A stretch of 64,000 nucleotides of DNA from Candidatus Multivoradales bacterium (GTDB lineage: Bacteria; Acidobacteriota; Thermoanaerobaculia; Multivoradales; JAHEKO01): assembly GCA_965223855.1 (NCBI GenBank), contig CBDCXM010000009.1:1536001-1600000 (forward strand). The letters are read 5' to 3'. The notes under the pieces are model-generated. The model had not been told where the DNA came from. It did no database searches and was given only the letters and a program-made list of their open reading frames with translations. A program made the translations under genes and the position numbers. Of the stretch, positions 1 through 8,321 are shown piece after piece. Numbering within the stretch: position 1 is the stretch's first letter; every line of letters begins with the position of its first letter.

Positions 1-346
1 ACATTGCCCAGGCGGTGACGATGATGCCCGGGGTGCATGCGCCGCACTGCACGCCGCCGGTGGCCACGAAGCGCTCGAGGAACGCGCGCGCCCTTCCCGC
101 AGCAGGTCCCGAAGCGACCCCCTCGACGGTGGTGATCGTCCGCCCCTCGCACTGCATCAGCGGCACCAGGCAGGAAAGCACCGGCTGCCCGTCGAGGATC
201 ACCGTGCAGGCGCCGCACTCGCCCTCGCCGCAACCCTCCTTGGTACCGATGAGGTCGAACTGGCGGCGCACGACATCGAGCAGCCGCTCCATCGGGTGCC
301 CCTCGGCGCTGACGGCCTCGCCGTTGAGCTCGAAGCCGACCTTCAT
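1..346 (-). CDS. (2Fe-2S)-binding small subunit of xanthine dehydrogenase/CoxS family (runs off the window edge)
   Basis: Not in the ORF track. Manual translation from ATG 346 gives MKVGFELNGEAV...GTKEGCGEGECGACTV...SCL...QCGACTPG. ATGA overlap with the large-subunit stop. Confidence 0.92.
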   Translation of the reverse strand, partial: MKVGFELNGEAVSAEGHPMERLLDVVRRQFDLIGTKEGCGEGECGACTVILDGQPVLSCLVPLMQCEGRTITTVEGVASGPAAGRARAFLERFVATGGVQCGACTPGIIVTAWAM

Positions 347-2652
347 CGCGAACCCTCACGGGCGGCGAGGATCCGCTCCGGCGTCGCCGGGATCTCGTCG
401 AGATGGACTCCGAGGGCGTTGTCGATCGCCGCCAGCGCCGCCGGGGCGCCGCCGTCCATCGGCAGCTCGCCGACCCCCTTGGCGCCGAACGGGCCGCCCT
501 CCCAGGGGCGCTCGAGAAGCTCGACCTCGAGCTTCGGCGCGTCCTTGAAAGTGGGGATGATGTAGGTCGCGAGGCGGTCGTTGAGGTAGCGCCCGTCCTC
601 GACCTTGATCTCCTCCATCAGCCCCCAGGCGACCGCCTGGAGCACCCCGCCCTCGATCTGGCCGGTGCACAGCGTCGGATGGATCGCCTTGCCGACCTCA
701 CACACCGCCGTCACCTTGTCGGCCCGGACCTCCAGCGTGTCGGGATCGACCTCGATCTCGACGACGTTGGCGCCCCAGGCGTAGGTCGGGTAGGCGCTGC
801 CGCGGTAGTCCGTCTCGTCGAAGTCCTGATCGGCGGGTGGTTCGTGCCGATGAGTGACCTCGAGGGGGCCGTGCTCGGCGAAGACCTGGCGGGCGATCTC
901 CTTGAAGGCAACTTCGTCACCGCCAGGCAGCTGAACCTTGCCTTCGGAGACCACCCGGTTCCCGTTCCCCACGTGTCCGTCGGACCCCGACCAGCGCGAG
1001 AGCACGAGATCCCGCAGCTTCCGGCTAGCCTCGACGAGCGCGCCGCCGACCACCATCGTGGTGCGCGAGGCGACCGTCGGCCCGGAGTCCGGGACCTCCG
1101 CCGTATCCGGCAGGGCGAAGTCGAGATCTTCGTTCGTGAGCCCTGTGGCCTCCTGTGCCATCTGCGGGAAGATCGCCGCGCACCCCTGGCCCATGTCGGT
1201 CATCGCCGTCTGCAGCTGGAGGCGGCCGTCTTCGAGCAGCCGGGCGCGGACCGGCGAGCGCATCCTCCGCTCGCCGTTGCCGGTGAAGCCGGCGCCGTGG
1301 AAGTAGAGCGCGAGGCCAAGGCCGGGTCGAGGGGCGCCTTCTGGCAGCTCGGCCCGCACGGTCTCGATCTCGCGCCAGCGGCGGCGGTAGTCGGAGCGCT
1401 CGACGGCTCGTTCGAGACAGGCCCGCGCCGAGGTCGTCTCGTCGAGCACCTGACCGGTCGGCAGGGTGTCGCCAGCTTCGAGGGCGTTGCGCAGCCGGAG
1501 CTCCAACGGGTCGAGGCCGAGGGTGCGGGCGATGCGGTCCATGTGCCGCTCCACCGCGAACATCGTCTGCGGCGCGCCGAAGCCGCGGAAGGCGCCGTTG
1601 GTGGCGGTGTGGGTGCGCAGCGCCCGGCCGGCGATCCGGACCTTCCGGCAACGGTAGGCGCCGGCGGCGTGGAGCAGGGCGCGCGACAGGACGACCGACG
1701 ACAGCGTCGGGTAGGCGCCGCCGTCCATCGTCACATCGATGTCCATCGCCACGAGCGTCCCGTCGTCAGCAACCGCCGTGCGATGCCGCACCACCGCCGG
1801 ATGGCGCTTGGTGGTGCCGACGATGTCCTCGTGCCGGTCGTAGGCCATCCGCACCGGCCGCCCGGTGGCCTGGGCGAGGATCGCGGCGTGGAGCGCGATC
1901 ATGCTCGGATAGTCCTCCTTGCCGCCGAAGCCGCCGCCGACCGCCGACGCCCGCACTCGCACGCGGTCTTCCGGAAGCCCGAAGGCGTGGGTCAGCGACT
2001 TGTGGACGTAGTAGGGGCACTGCATGGTGCCGACGACGTTCAGCGTCTCCCCCTCGAACCACGCCGTCACCGCCTGGCACTCGATGTAGATGTGCTCCTG
2101 GAGGCCGGTGCGGTAGGTGCCCTCGACGACCCGCTCTGCCGCGGCCAACGCCTGCTCGACCGTCTCGTCCCCGAACTCGAGGGCGCACAGAGGAGGGTGG
2201 TCGGCCGCCTCAGTGACGTCGAGGACCGGTTCGAGCGGCGTGTAGTCGACCTCTACCCGACGCCGGGCCCGCAGCGCCTCCAGCGGCGTGGCGCCGCTGA
2301 CGAGAGCCACCGGTTCACCGACGTGGCAGGTCTCCTTCTCGGCGAGGATCGGCCAGTCGTCGGTGATCAGTTTCACGCCGTTCGAGCACGGCAGATCGGC
2401 GGCGGTGACGAAGGCGCTGCCGTCTCCTGCACCCGAGCGGTCGATGCGCACCCCGTCGATCCGCGCGTGCGCGTGCGGGCTGCGCACGGTCGCCCCGAAG
2501 AGCATCCCGGGCATCGTGAAGTCGTCCGCGTAGCGGACCGCGCCACTCACCTTGCCCATCCCGTCGGGCCGTGGCGGGCTCTGCCCGATACGACCGGGCG
2601 CCGCACCGCTGGGTCGCTGGCCACTCATTGAGTGCGAAGCAGTGTGCAGCAT
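343..2652 (-). CDS. Xanthine dehydrogenase family molybdopterin-binding subunit
   Basis: Motifs GGGFGGKE, AFRGFGAPQ, GQIEGG, GAKGVGE. True start may be the ATG at 2628. Confidence 0.93.
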   Translation of the reverse strand: MLHTASHSMSGQRPSGAAPGRIGQSPPRPDGMGKVSGAVRYADDFTMPGMLFGATVRSPHAHARIDGVRIDRSGAGDGSAFVTAADLPCSNGVKLITDDWPILAEKETCHVGEPVALVSGATPLEALRARRRVEVDYTPLEPVLDVTEAADHPPLCALEFGDETVEQALAAAERVVEGTYRTGLQEHIYIECQAVTAWFEGETLNVVGTMQCPYYVHKSLTHAFGLPEDRVRVRASAVGGGFGGKEDYPSMIALHAAILAQATGRPVRMAYDRHEDIVGTTKRHPAVVRHRTAVADDGTLVAMDIDVTMDGGAYPTLSSVVLSRALLHAAGAYRCRKVRIAGRALRTHTATNGAFRGFGAPQTMFAVERHMDRIARTLGLDPLELRLRNALEAGDTLPTGQVLDETTSARACLERAVERSDYRRRWREIETVRAELPEGAPRPGLGLALYFHGAGFTGNGERRMRSPVRARLLEDGRLQLQTAMTDMGQGCAAIFPQMAQEATGLTNEDLDFALPDTAEVPDSGPTVASRTTMVVGGALVEASRKLRDLVLSRWSGSDGHVGNGNRVVSEGKVQLPGGDEVAFKEIARQVFAEHGPLEVTHRHEPPADQDFDETDYRGSAYPTYAWGANVVEIEVDPDTLEVRADKVTAVCEVGKAIHPTLCTGQIEGGVLQAVAWGLMEEIKVEDGRYLNDRLATYIIPTFKDAPKLEVELLERPWEGGPFGAKGVGELPMDGGAPAALAAIDNALGVHLDEIPATPERILAAREGSR

Positions 2653-2784
2653 GGGCTGGCGCGGCGCAAGCTCGACCGCGAGCGCAGCGCCCGGATACGC
2701 AGTAGATTCAGTGACATACGGTCTTCCTGAGTAGTCCGTTGAACGGTGCAGCGGCGTGAGAAGTTCGGGCTAGACTGGCGACCG

Positions 2785-3594
2785 ATGGACTTCGACTTCC
2801 GGGAATGGCTCCATCTCCTGACGCGCTGGTTCCACGTCGTCGTCGGGATCATGTGGATCGGCCAGACGTACCTCTTCGGTTGGATGGACAGCAACCTCGA
2901 AGAGGCCGAGGAAGACGACGAGATCGAAGGCCGCCTGTGGATGATCCACAGCGGCGGCTTCTACCGTGTCGAGAAGCAGAAGCTGGCGCCCCGTAAGCTG
3001 CCCGCGGTGCTGCATTGGTTCAAGTGGGAGGCGGGGCTCACGTGGCTCAGCGGCTTCCTGCTGCTGTGGGTCGTCTACTACACCGGCGGCGCGCTTCTCG
3101 AGTACGGCTCGGAGATGAGTGTCGCCGCAGGCACCGCGATCGGCATCGGCGTCCTCGTCTTCGGCTGGCTCGCCTACGATCTGCTGTGGATGTCACCGCT
3201 GGGTCGCAAGGGTGTCGGCGTGCCGATCTGCTTCGCCGCCGTCGTCGCCCTCGCCTGGGCCCTCACCCAGGTGCTGAGCGGAAGAGCCGCCTTCATCCAC
3301 ATCGGCGCCCTCTTCGGCACCATCATGGCGGCCAACGTCTTCATGCGCATCCTGCCCGGCCAGCGCCAGCTCGTCGCCGCCGCCGAGGCCGGCACCCCTC
3401 CGGATGCGACGCTGGCCGAGCGTGCCAAGCAGCGCTCCACCCACAACACCTACATGTCGGTGCCGCTGATCTTCATCATGATCAGCAGCCATTTCCCGAC
3501 CAGCTCCTACGGGAGCAAGTACAACTGGGTGATGCTGGGGGTGTTCGTGCTGCTGGGGTGGGCGGGGCGGAAGGTGATGACGCTTCTGCGGTAG
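2785..3594 (+). CDS. puuD: Urate hydroxylase PuuD-like membrane protein (Urate_ox_N domain only)
   Basis: EWLHLLTRWFHVVVGIMWIG, LWMIHSGGFY, LHWFKWEA, GTIMAANV, RSTHNTY, MISSHFP are PuuD motifs. Divergent from xdh. No CxxCH. Confidence 0.85.
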   Translation: MDFDFREWLHLLTRWFHVVVGIMWIGQTYLFGWMDSNLEEAEEDDEIEGRLWMIHSGGFYRVEKQKLAPRKLPAVLHWFKWEAGLTWLSGFLLLWVVYYTGGALLEYGSEMSVAAGTAIGIGVLVFGWLAYDLLWMSPLGRKGVGVPICFAAVVALAWALTQVLSGRAAFIHIGALFGTIMAANVFMRILPGQRQLVAAAEAGTPPDATLAERAKQRSTHNTYMSVPLIFIMISSHFPTSSYGSKYNWVMLGVFVLLGWAGRKVMTLLR

Positions 3595-3688
3595 AGGCCT
3601 CGCTGGAGGACTCCCCCCTCAAACTCTCCAACTCTCCGCCTCAAACTCTGTCGTCGACGAGGGTCGTCGACAGTGTCCATTGCGAGAC

Positions 3689-4558
3689 TCAGGAGGATGC
3701 GGGCCGGTGAAGAGCGCGTGTCCAGGACGGACCCAACAACGGATGTTCGGGCGGGAGCTGCTGCAACAGTCGAACGTACTCCGTCTTCGCATGGTCGCCG
3801 AGGTGTGTGCGCGAGGAGCTGGGACGCCAGGTGTTTCGCCAGTCGCCGAGCTGTCGCCTCCAGAATCCGGGGTTCTCGACGAGAGTCTCTCTGGTGTCGA
3901 ACCATATCCGCCGCCCGGCGTGGTGCCACATGGGGGCCTTCAGCAGCCTGGGGATGAAGTCGGCCTTGTTCTGGAAGAGGAGAGTGCGATTGCCGTGGAT
4001 CTCGTTGTAGGCGGCCGAGAACTTCCCGTTTCCGACTGCCGGAGCGCCGAAGGTACAGACGCTGGCGATCCGAGAAGCCGGCTGCATCGAAGCCCACAGC
4101 ACCGCCAGAGCTCCTCCCAGGCTATGCCCCGTTGCGTACACGGGAGTGTCGCGGTCTCCGAGGGCTGTTTCGATGTCTTCCACCAGAGGCTCCAGAGCTC
4201 CAAGGAAGCCGACGTGGATTCGTCGTCCGTCCTCCGTCCGCCGGGTAGCGATCCTGGCGTCCGTGAGGATGTCCTCCAGAACCCCGGGTTCCGTCCCGCG
4301 GAAGGCAAGAAAGCTGTGCGCTTCACTTCGGATCACGAGAGCTTGAGTGCCCTGCTTGTCCAGGAAGGTGAAGGCGCCCTCAGGAGCCCCCATGCGCGCC
4401 TTCTCTTCGTCCTCGTAGGCGAGGGTCGAGAGTTGCGCGAGCAGTACCGCCTGAGAGGGCAAGGGACTCTTCACGGTCAGGATGTTACCCCTTGCGTTCG
4501 TCGCTGGTATTTGTTCGTTGTGAGCGACAGGTGAGTGCGCTGTCTCAGCCGAGGTCAT
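3689..4558 (-). CDS. Lipase class 3 family alpha/beta hydrolase
   Basis: AFRGT, VHxGF-like IHVGF, TGHSLGGA, TFGAPAVG. Start approximate. Confidence 0.85.
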   Translation of the reverse strand: MTSAETAHSPVAHNEQIPATNARGNILTVKSPLPSQAVLLAQLSTLAYEDEEKARMGAPEGAFTFLDKQGTQALVIRSEAHSFLAFRGTEPGVLEDILTDARIATRRTEDGRRIHVGFLGALEPLVEDIETALGDRDTPVYATGHSLGGALAVLWASMQPASRIASVCTFGAPAVGNGKFSAAYNEIHGNRTLLFQNKADFIPRLLKAPMWHHAGRRIWFDTRETLVENPGFWRRQLGDWRNTWRPSSSRTHLGDHAKTEYVRLLQQLPPEHPLLGPSWTRALHRPASS

Positions 4559-4643
4559 CGTCAGGACCTGTCTTCGGGTGCTGACCATCTTCGGGTGCCG
4601 GCCCCTTCTCCGGATCTCCTTCGAGTGTGGGAACACCGGAAAC

Positions 4644-4672
4644 TTGACACGGGGGTCTCCTATCCGCATACT
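4644..4672 (+). promoter_or_regulatory. Sigma70-type promoter
   Basis: TTGACA (4644-4649), 17-nt spacer, CATACT (4667-4672). Confidence 0.75.
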
Positions 4673-4701
4673 GCGCGGCCCTCGTGACGAGGAGTCAAGA
4701 A

Positions 4702-4827
4702 ATGCGCGTGTCCATCAGGCAACGAAACACTTACACCCCGGCCTCGACGGCCGGGCATGGCCTTTTGGCGTTCGATTCAGCGAATCGGTACACGCCGATC
4801 GCGCCCTTGAAGAGGGAAACCAGCTAG
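4702..4827 (+). CDS. Putative 41-aa leader peptide (MRVSIRQRNTYTPASTAGHGLLAFDSANRYTPIAPLKRETS)
   Basis: GAGGAG SD at 4689-4694, ATG 4702, TAG 4825-4827. Lies between the promoter and an intrinsic terminator. Below the ORF-track size cutoff. Confidence 0.55.
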   Translation: MRVSIRQRNTYTPASTAGHGLLAFDSANRYTPIAPLKRETS

Positions 4828-4859
4828 AACCGACACTCGCAGATCCAAAGACTGAGTCG

Positions 4860-4891
4860 AGCCTTCTGGGACCTCCCAGAAGGCTTTTTTT
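4860..4891 (+). terminator. Intrinsic terminator / putative attenuator
   Basis: AGCCTTCTGGGA / TCCCAGAAGGCT stem followed by a T7 run. Confidence 0.85.
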
Positions 4892-5029
4892 GTGCTGAGG
4901 ATCGAAGTGAATGAGAGAAGTGAAACCGACAAACTGATACCACCGGGCCGGCGGTGTGCGAACCTCACGTGATCGTGATCGGTGCCGCACATTCCGTGCA
5001 ACGGGTTCTGACGAAGGTGGGTCGGGCCT

Positions 5030-5093
5030 GGAGGCGTGGCATAGGTAGCCAGACCCCTCGAGGGTCGTGCGGGTTCGAGTCCCGCCGTCTCCC
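5030..5093 (+). ncRNA. tRNA-like element 1 (shortened cloverleaf)
   Basis: Acceptor GGAGGCG/CGTCTCC; arm TGGC-ATAGGTA-GCCA; arm GACCC-CTCGA-GGGTC (5-nt loop); T arm GCGGG-TTCGAGT-CCCGC. Confidence 0.7.
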
Positions 5094-5096
5094 AAG

Positions 5097-5170
5097 AACT
5101 GGCTAGCTCAGACTGGTAGAGCACCGAGCCGTAACTCGGGTGTCGGGGGTTCGAATCCCCCGCCAGGACC
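5097..5170 (+). ncRNA. tRNA-like element 2 (6-nt anticodon loop, 5-bp acceptor)
   Basis: CTGGC-TA-GCTC-AGACTGGTA-GAGC-A-CCGAG-CCGTAA-CTCGG-GTGTC-GGGGG-TTCGAAT-CCCCC-GCCAG. Confidence 0.75.
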
Positions 5171-5194
5171 TCTGTCAAGGGTCTCTTCAGTGCC

Positions 5195-5594
5195 GACCGA
5201 GCCGGGAGCCTGCTGCGGAACCGCTGCCGAAGCCGGACGCGTCGAGCGCTTGCCCCTTCCACTGGGGCGTTTGCCCGGCGAGCCGGCGGAGGAGCGCGCA
5301 ACGGCGCCTTGCAGTGCCGCGAGCAGCCCGAGGCGACGCCTCTGTTCCGCCCTACGTTCGACCGGCCGCCCATCGGGCGGCCACCGGGCGGTGGGCCGAA
5401 AGGGGTCTCCCTCGGGCTCGGGCGGCACTCCGCTACCGGGCGCGTGGCGGTAGCCGCGGGTGGGCTCCCGGCGAGGTCATTTCTCGCCGCGTTCGCCCAG
5501 CAGTCCGAGCCGGTGTTCATGTTGAACGTTTGACGTCGCCGCAGAGGCGGTGGCGTTCGCCCGGCGAGCGAGGGAGCTGACGTCGCCCTCGGTC
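5195..5594 (+). ncRNA. Candidate large structured RNA / structured 5' leader
   Basis: Nested perfect helices 5201-5210/5463-5472, 5313-5320/5422-5429, 5325-5333/5410-5418, 5364-5371/5375-5382. Closing helix 5195-5201/5588-5594. No credible CDS. Confidence 0.5.
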
Positions 5595-5655
5595 TCGGGC
5601 CCGTAGTGAAGCAGCAGTAGCAAGTGTCAGTGCAGTAAGAGAGGAGGTAACAACC

Positions 5656-6756
5656 ATGTTCCGTTGGATCAAGATTCGTGAGTACGAGCGCGGTCTCCTG
5701 TACCGAGACCGGGTGTTCCGGGAGTGCCTGAAGCCGGGGCGCCACTGGATCTTCGATCCGTTCCTGAAGGCGCGGGTCGAGCGGGTTTCGGTGCGCGACG
5801 TCTTCCTCGAGTCGAGCGACCTGGACGTGATCGTCCGCAGTGGGTCGCTCGGCGAAGAGGCGGTCGTGCTCGATCTCGAGGACCACGAGCGCGCGCTGGT
5901 CTGGGTGAACGGTCGTTTCTCGACTGTCCTGCGCCGTGGCCTGTGGGCGGTCTGGACCGTCTTCCACGAGGTCCGTACCGAGGTGATCGACGCCCGCAAG
6001 GTGCGTTTCGACCACCCGGCGCTCGCCGCCGTGCTGGCCGAGGAGAGCTCGCTGCGTCATCTGGACCCGGTGCAGGTCGAGTCGGGCTCGGTGGGCCTGG
6101 TGATGGTGAACGGCCGTCACGAGGCGACGCTCGAGCCGGGCCGCTATGCCCTGTGGAAGGACGTCGCGCGAGTGGGTGTCACGCACGTGAGTCTGCGAGA
6201 GCAGGCGATCGACGTCGCCGGTCAGGAGATCATGACCGCCGACAAGGTCACCCTGCGGCTCAACGCCGTCGTCGTCTTCCGGGTCGTCGATCCGGTGCAG
6301 GCGGTGACGTCGGTCGAGTCGTACGAGCAGGCTCTCTACCGTGAGGCTCAGCTGGCGCTGCGTCGAGTGATCGGCGCTCGCGAGCTCGACGAGCTCCTGT
6401 CCGAGAAGGACGAGGTGGCCGGCGAGCTCGAGGAGCTGGTCCGGCGCCGTGCCGGTGAGCTGGGCCTCCAGGTCGGCTCGCTCGGCATTCGCGACGTCAT
6501 CCTGCCGGGTGACATGAAGGCGATCCTCAACCGGGTGACCGAGGCTCAGAAGGCTGCCGAGGCCGACCTCATCACCCGTCGCGAGGAGACCGCCTCCATG
6601 CGTTCGCAGGCCAACACCGCCCGAATCTTCGACTCGAACCCCGCGCTGATGCGTCTGCGTGAACTCGAGGTTCTCGAGAAGGTGGCGGACAAGGCCGATC
6701 TCACGGTGGTGCTGGGCGAGGGTGGCCTCGCCGAGAGAGTCACCAAGCTGCTGTGA
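5656..6756 (+). CDS. Slipin family protein (SPFH/band 7 with N-terminal repeats)
   Basis: Strong SD GAGGAGG; repeated ExGLL...PGxxW units; QEIMTADKVTLRLN, RDVILPGDMK, RREETASMRSQANTA, LMRLRELEVLE. Confidence 0.9.
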   Translation: MFRWIKIREYERGLLYRDRVFRECLKPGRHWIFDPFLKARVERVSVRDVFLESSDLDVIVRSGSLGEEAVVLDLEDHERALVWVNGRFSTVLRRGLWAVWTVFHEVRTEVIDARKVRFDHPALAAVLAEESSLRHLDPVQVESGSVGLVMVNGRHEATLEPGRYALWKDVARVGVTHVSLREQAIDVAGQEIMTADKVTLRLNAVVVFRVVDPVQAVTSVESYEQALYREAQLALRRVIGARELDELLSEKDEVAGELEELVRRRAGELGLQVGSLGIRDVILPGDMKAILNRVTEAQKAAEADLITRREETASMRSQANTARIFDSNPALMRLRELEVLEKVADKADLTVVLGEGGLAERVTKLL

Positions 6757-6763
6757 GGTTTCA

Positions 6764-6796
6764 CGGGCCGTCCCTTCGGGGGCGGCCCGATTTTCT
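6764..6796 (+). terminator. Hairpin terminator after slipin
   Basis: CGGGCCGTCCC-TTCG-GGGGCGGCCCG followed by ATTTTCT. Confidence 0.65.
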
Positions 6797-6969
6797 GATG
6801 CCGCGCATCGGTGGTCGAGCGTCGATGCGATCCCTCGACGGGCCGCCTCTCCTGACCCCCGAATTCCCCGATTCGCCGACTTGGTTGCCTGGGAGTCTAG
6901 AAAGCGTGGAATCTACTGTGACGGGTAGGGGTGGGCATCAAGCGCGGCTGGGCGGGTAGTATCAGTTTC

Positions 6970-8310
6970 ATGTATCGCCGGATCCTCCTGCGACGCCCTC
7001 TTGCCGTGGTCTCGGTGCTGGGGATGTATCTGGCCCCGCCTGCCGTCGCGGGAGCTGGTACCGTGGCAAGGCCGGTGGGCCCGGAGTTCCAGGTGAATTC
7101 GTACACGACTGGAAGCCAGAGAGACGTAGATATCGGCTCAGATGGAGCTGGAGGGCTGGTGGTAGTTTGGGCAAGTGACGGCTCAGCCGGATCAGATAGC
7201 GACTGGCTGAGTATCCAGGCGCGGCGCTACGACGCTGACGGCTTTCCCGTCGGCGACCAGTTCCAGGTGAACACCTACACCACGTCCGCTCAGACCGCAC
7301 CCTCTGTGAGCGCCAACGGTGGGGGTGGTTTCGTAGTCGTTTGGGATGACCTGGCCGGAGTCAAAGCTCGGGTCTACGACTCGAGCGGATCTCCTCTGGG
7401 AGACGAGTTCGTGGTGAATACCTATGCCGGGGGAAGCCTTCTCACCAGGGCGACTGTGGGCCCGTACATGGGAGGGTTCGTCGTGGCGTGGGAGGGGATC
7501 GGATCACCAGGGACCGATACCGACTTCTTCAGTATTCAGGCCAGAAACTTCCTCCCCGACGGCTCCCCGATCGGAGATCAGTTTCAGGTCAACACCTACA
7601 CGACCGGTGGCCAGGCCTTCGCGAACGTCTTTCTTGACGATGGTGGCTATTGGTTGACCTGGTCGAGCGAAGGGTCGTTCGGGTCGGACTCGAGCGGCCA
7701 TAGCGTCCAGGGGCAGCGCTTTGGTTCGAACGGGAGTCCGATCGGGAACCAGTTCCAGGTGAACGCGTATACCGTGGGCGATCAGAGGAACTCGTCGCTA
7801 TCACGGCTGGGTGAGAACGTCGTGGTCGTGTGGCGAGGACTGGGCGGTGCTGGGGACGACACCGAGGACTGGAGCGCCCAGGGGCGGGTGCTGGACTCTG
7901 AGGGAGTTCCCGTAGGTCAGGAGTTCCAAGTCAACAGTTACACGACATCTTGGCAGGGCTACCCGGTCGCTGCTGAGGCAAGAGGCGGCGTAGCCGTGGT
8001 CTGGACCAGCGTCGGCTCCTGGGGCAGCGACTCAGATCTCTGGAGCATTCAGGGGCAGCTCTACCGTCAAGACGGAGTGCCGAGCGGAAATCAGTTTCAG
8101 GTCAACACCTCCACCCTGGGGACTCAAACACATCCGGCTCTGGCAACCTTGGCCGACGATGGTTTCTTGGTCGTCTGGGCAAGCGAGAGTTCGGGCGCGG
8201 ACGACACCGACTCGTGGAGTATCCAGGGTCAGCGCTTCGAAGGGGTCGGAATCTTCGCCGATGGCTTTGAGACGGGCGACTCCTCATCGTGGTCGACCTC
8301 AGTGCCCTGA
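6970..8310 (+). CDS. Secreted repeat protein (FQVNxYT repeats, probable beta-propeller) with C-terminal IFADGFE motif
   Basis: Signal-like N-terminus; ~7 EF/QFQVNTYT repeats; ends IFADGFETGDSSSWSTSVP. Confidence 0.8.
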   Translation: MYRRILLRRPLAVVSVLGMYLAPPAVAGAGTVARPVGPEFQVNSYTTGSQRDVDIGSDGAGGLVVVWASDGSAGSDSDWLSIQARRYDADGFPVGDQFQVNTYTTSAQTAPSVSANGGGGFVVVWDDLAGVKARVYDSSGSPLGDEFVVNTYAGGSLLTRATVGPYMGGFVVAWEGIGSPGTDTDFFSIQARNFLPDGSPIGDQFQVNTYTTGGQAFANVFLDDGGYWLTWSSEGSFGSDSSGHSVQGQRFGSNGSPIGNQFQVNAYTVGDQRNSSLSRLGENVVVVWRGLGGAGDDTEDWSAQGRVLDSEGVPVGQEFQVNSYTTSWQGYPVAAEARGGVAVVWTSVGSWGSDSDLWSIQGQLYRQDGVPSGNQFQVNTSTLGTQTHPALATLADDGFLVVWASESSGADDTDSWSIQGQRFEGVGIFADGFETGDSSSWSTSVP

Positions 8311-8321
8311 GAACGCCGGCC

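Noticed and set aside
403-2631. Long + strand ORF (742 aa), and similar ORFs at 10830-13973, 23078-25141 and 61356-63155
   Set aside because: Antisense shadows of real high-GC genes; no motifs.
5097-5170. Canonical tRNA-Thr(CGT) or tRNA-Tyr(GTA)
   Set aside because: The 6-nt anticodon loop, 5-bp acceptor stem and lack of encoded CCA argue against a standard tRNA; kept as tRNA-like.
4777-5580. Several overlapping ORFs across the structured region
   Set aside because: Arg/Pro/Gly-rich, no SD, no codon bias; better explained as non-coding.
5180-5620. RNase P RNA, tmRNA or group II intron
   Set aside because: No GAGGAAAGTCC core, no tmRNA ends, no domain V motif seen.
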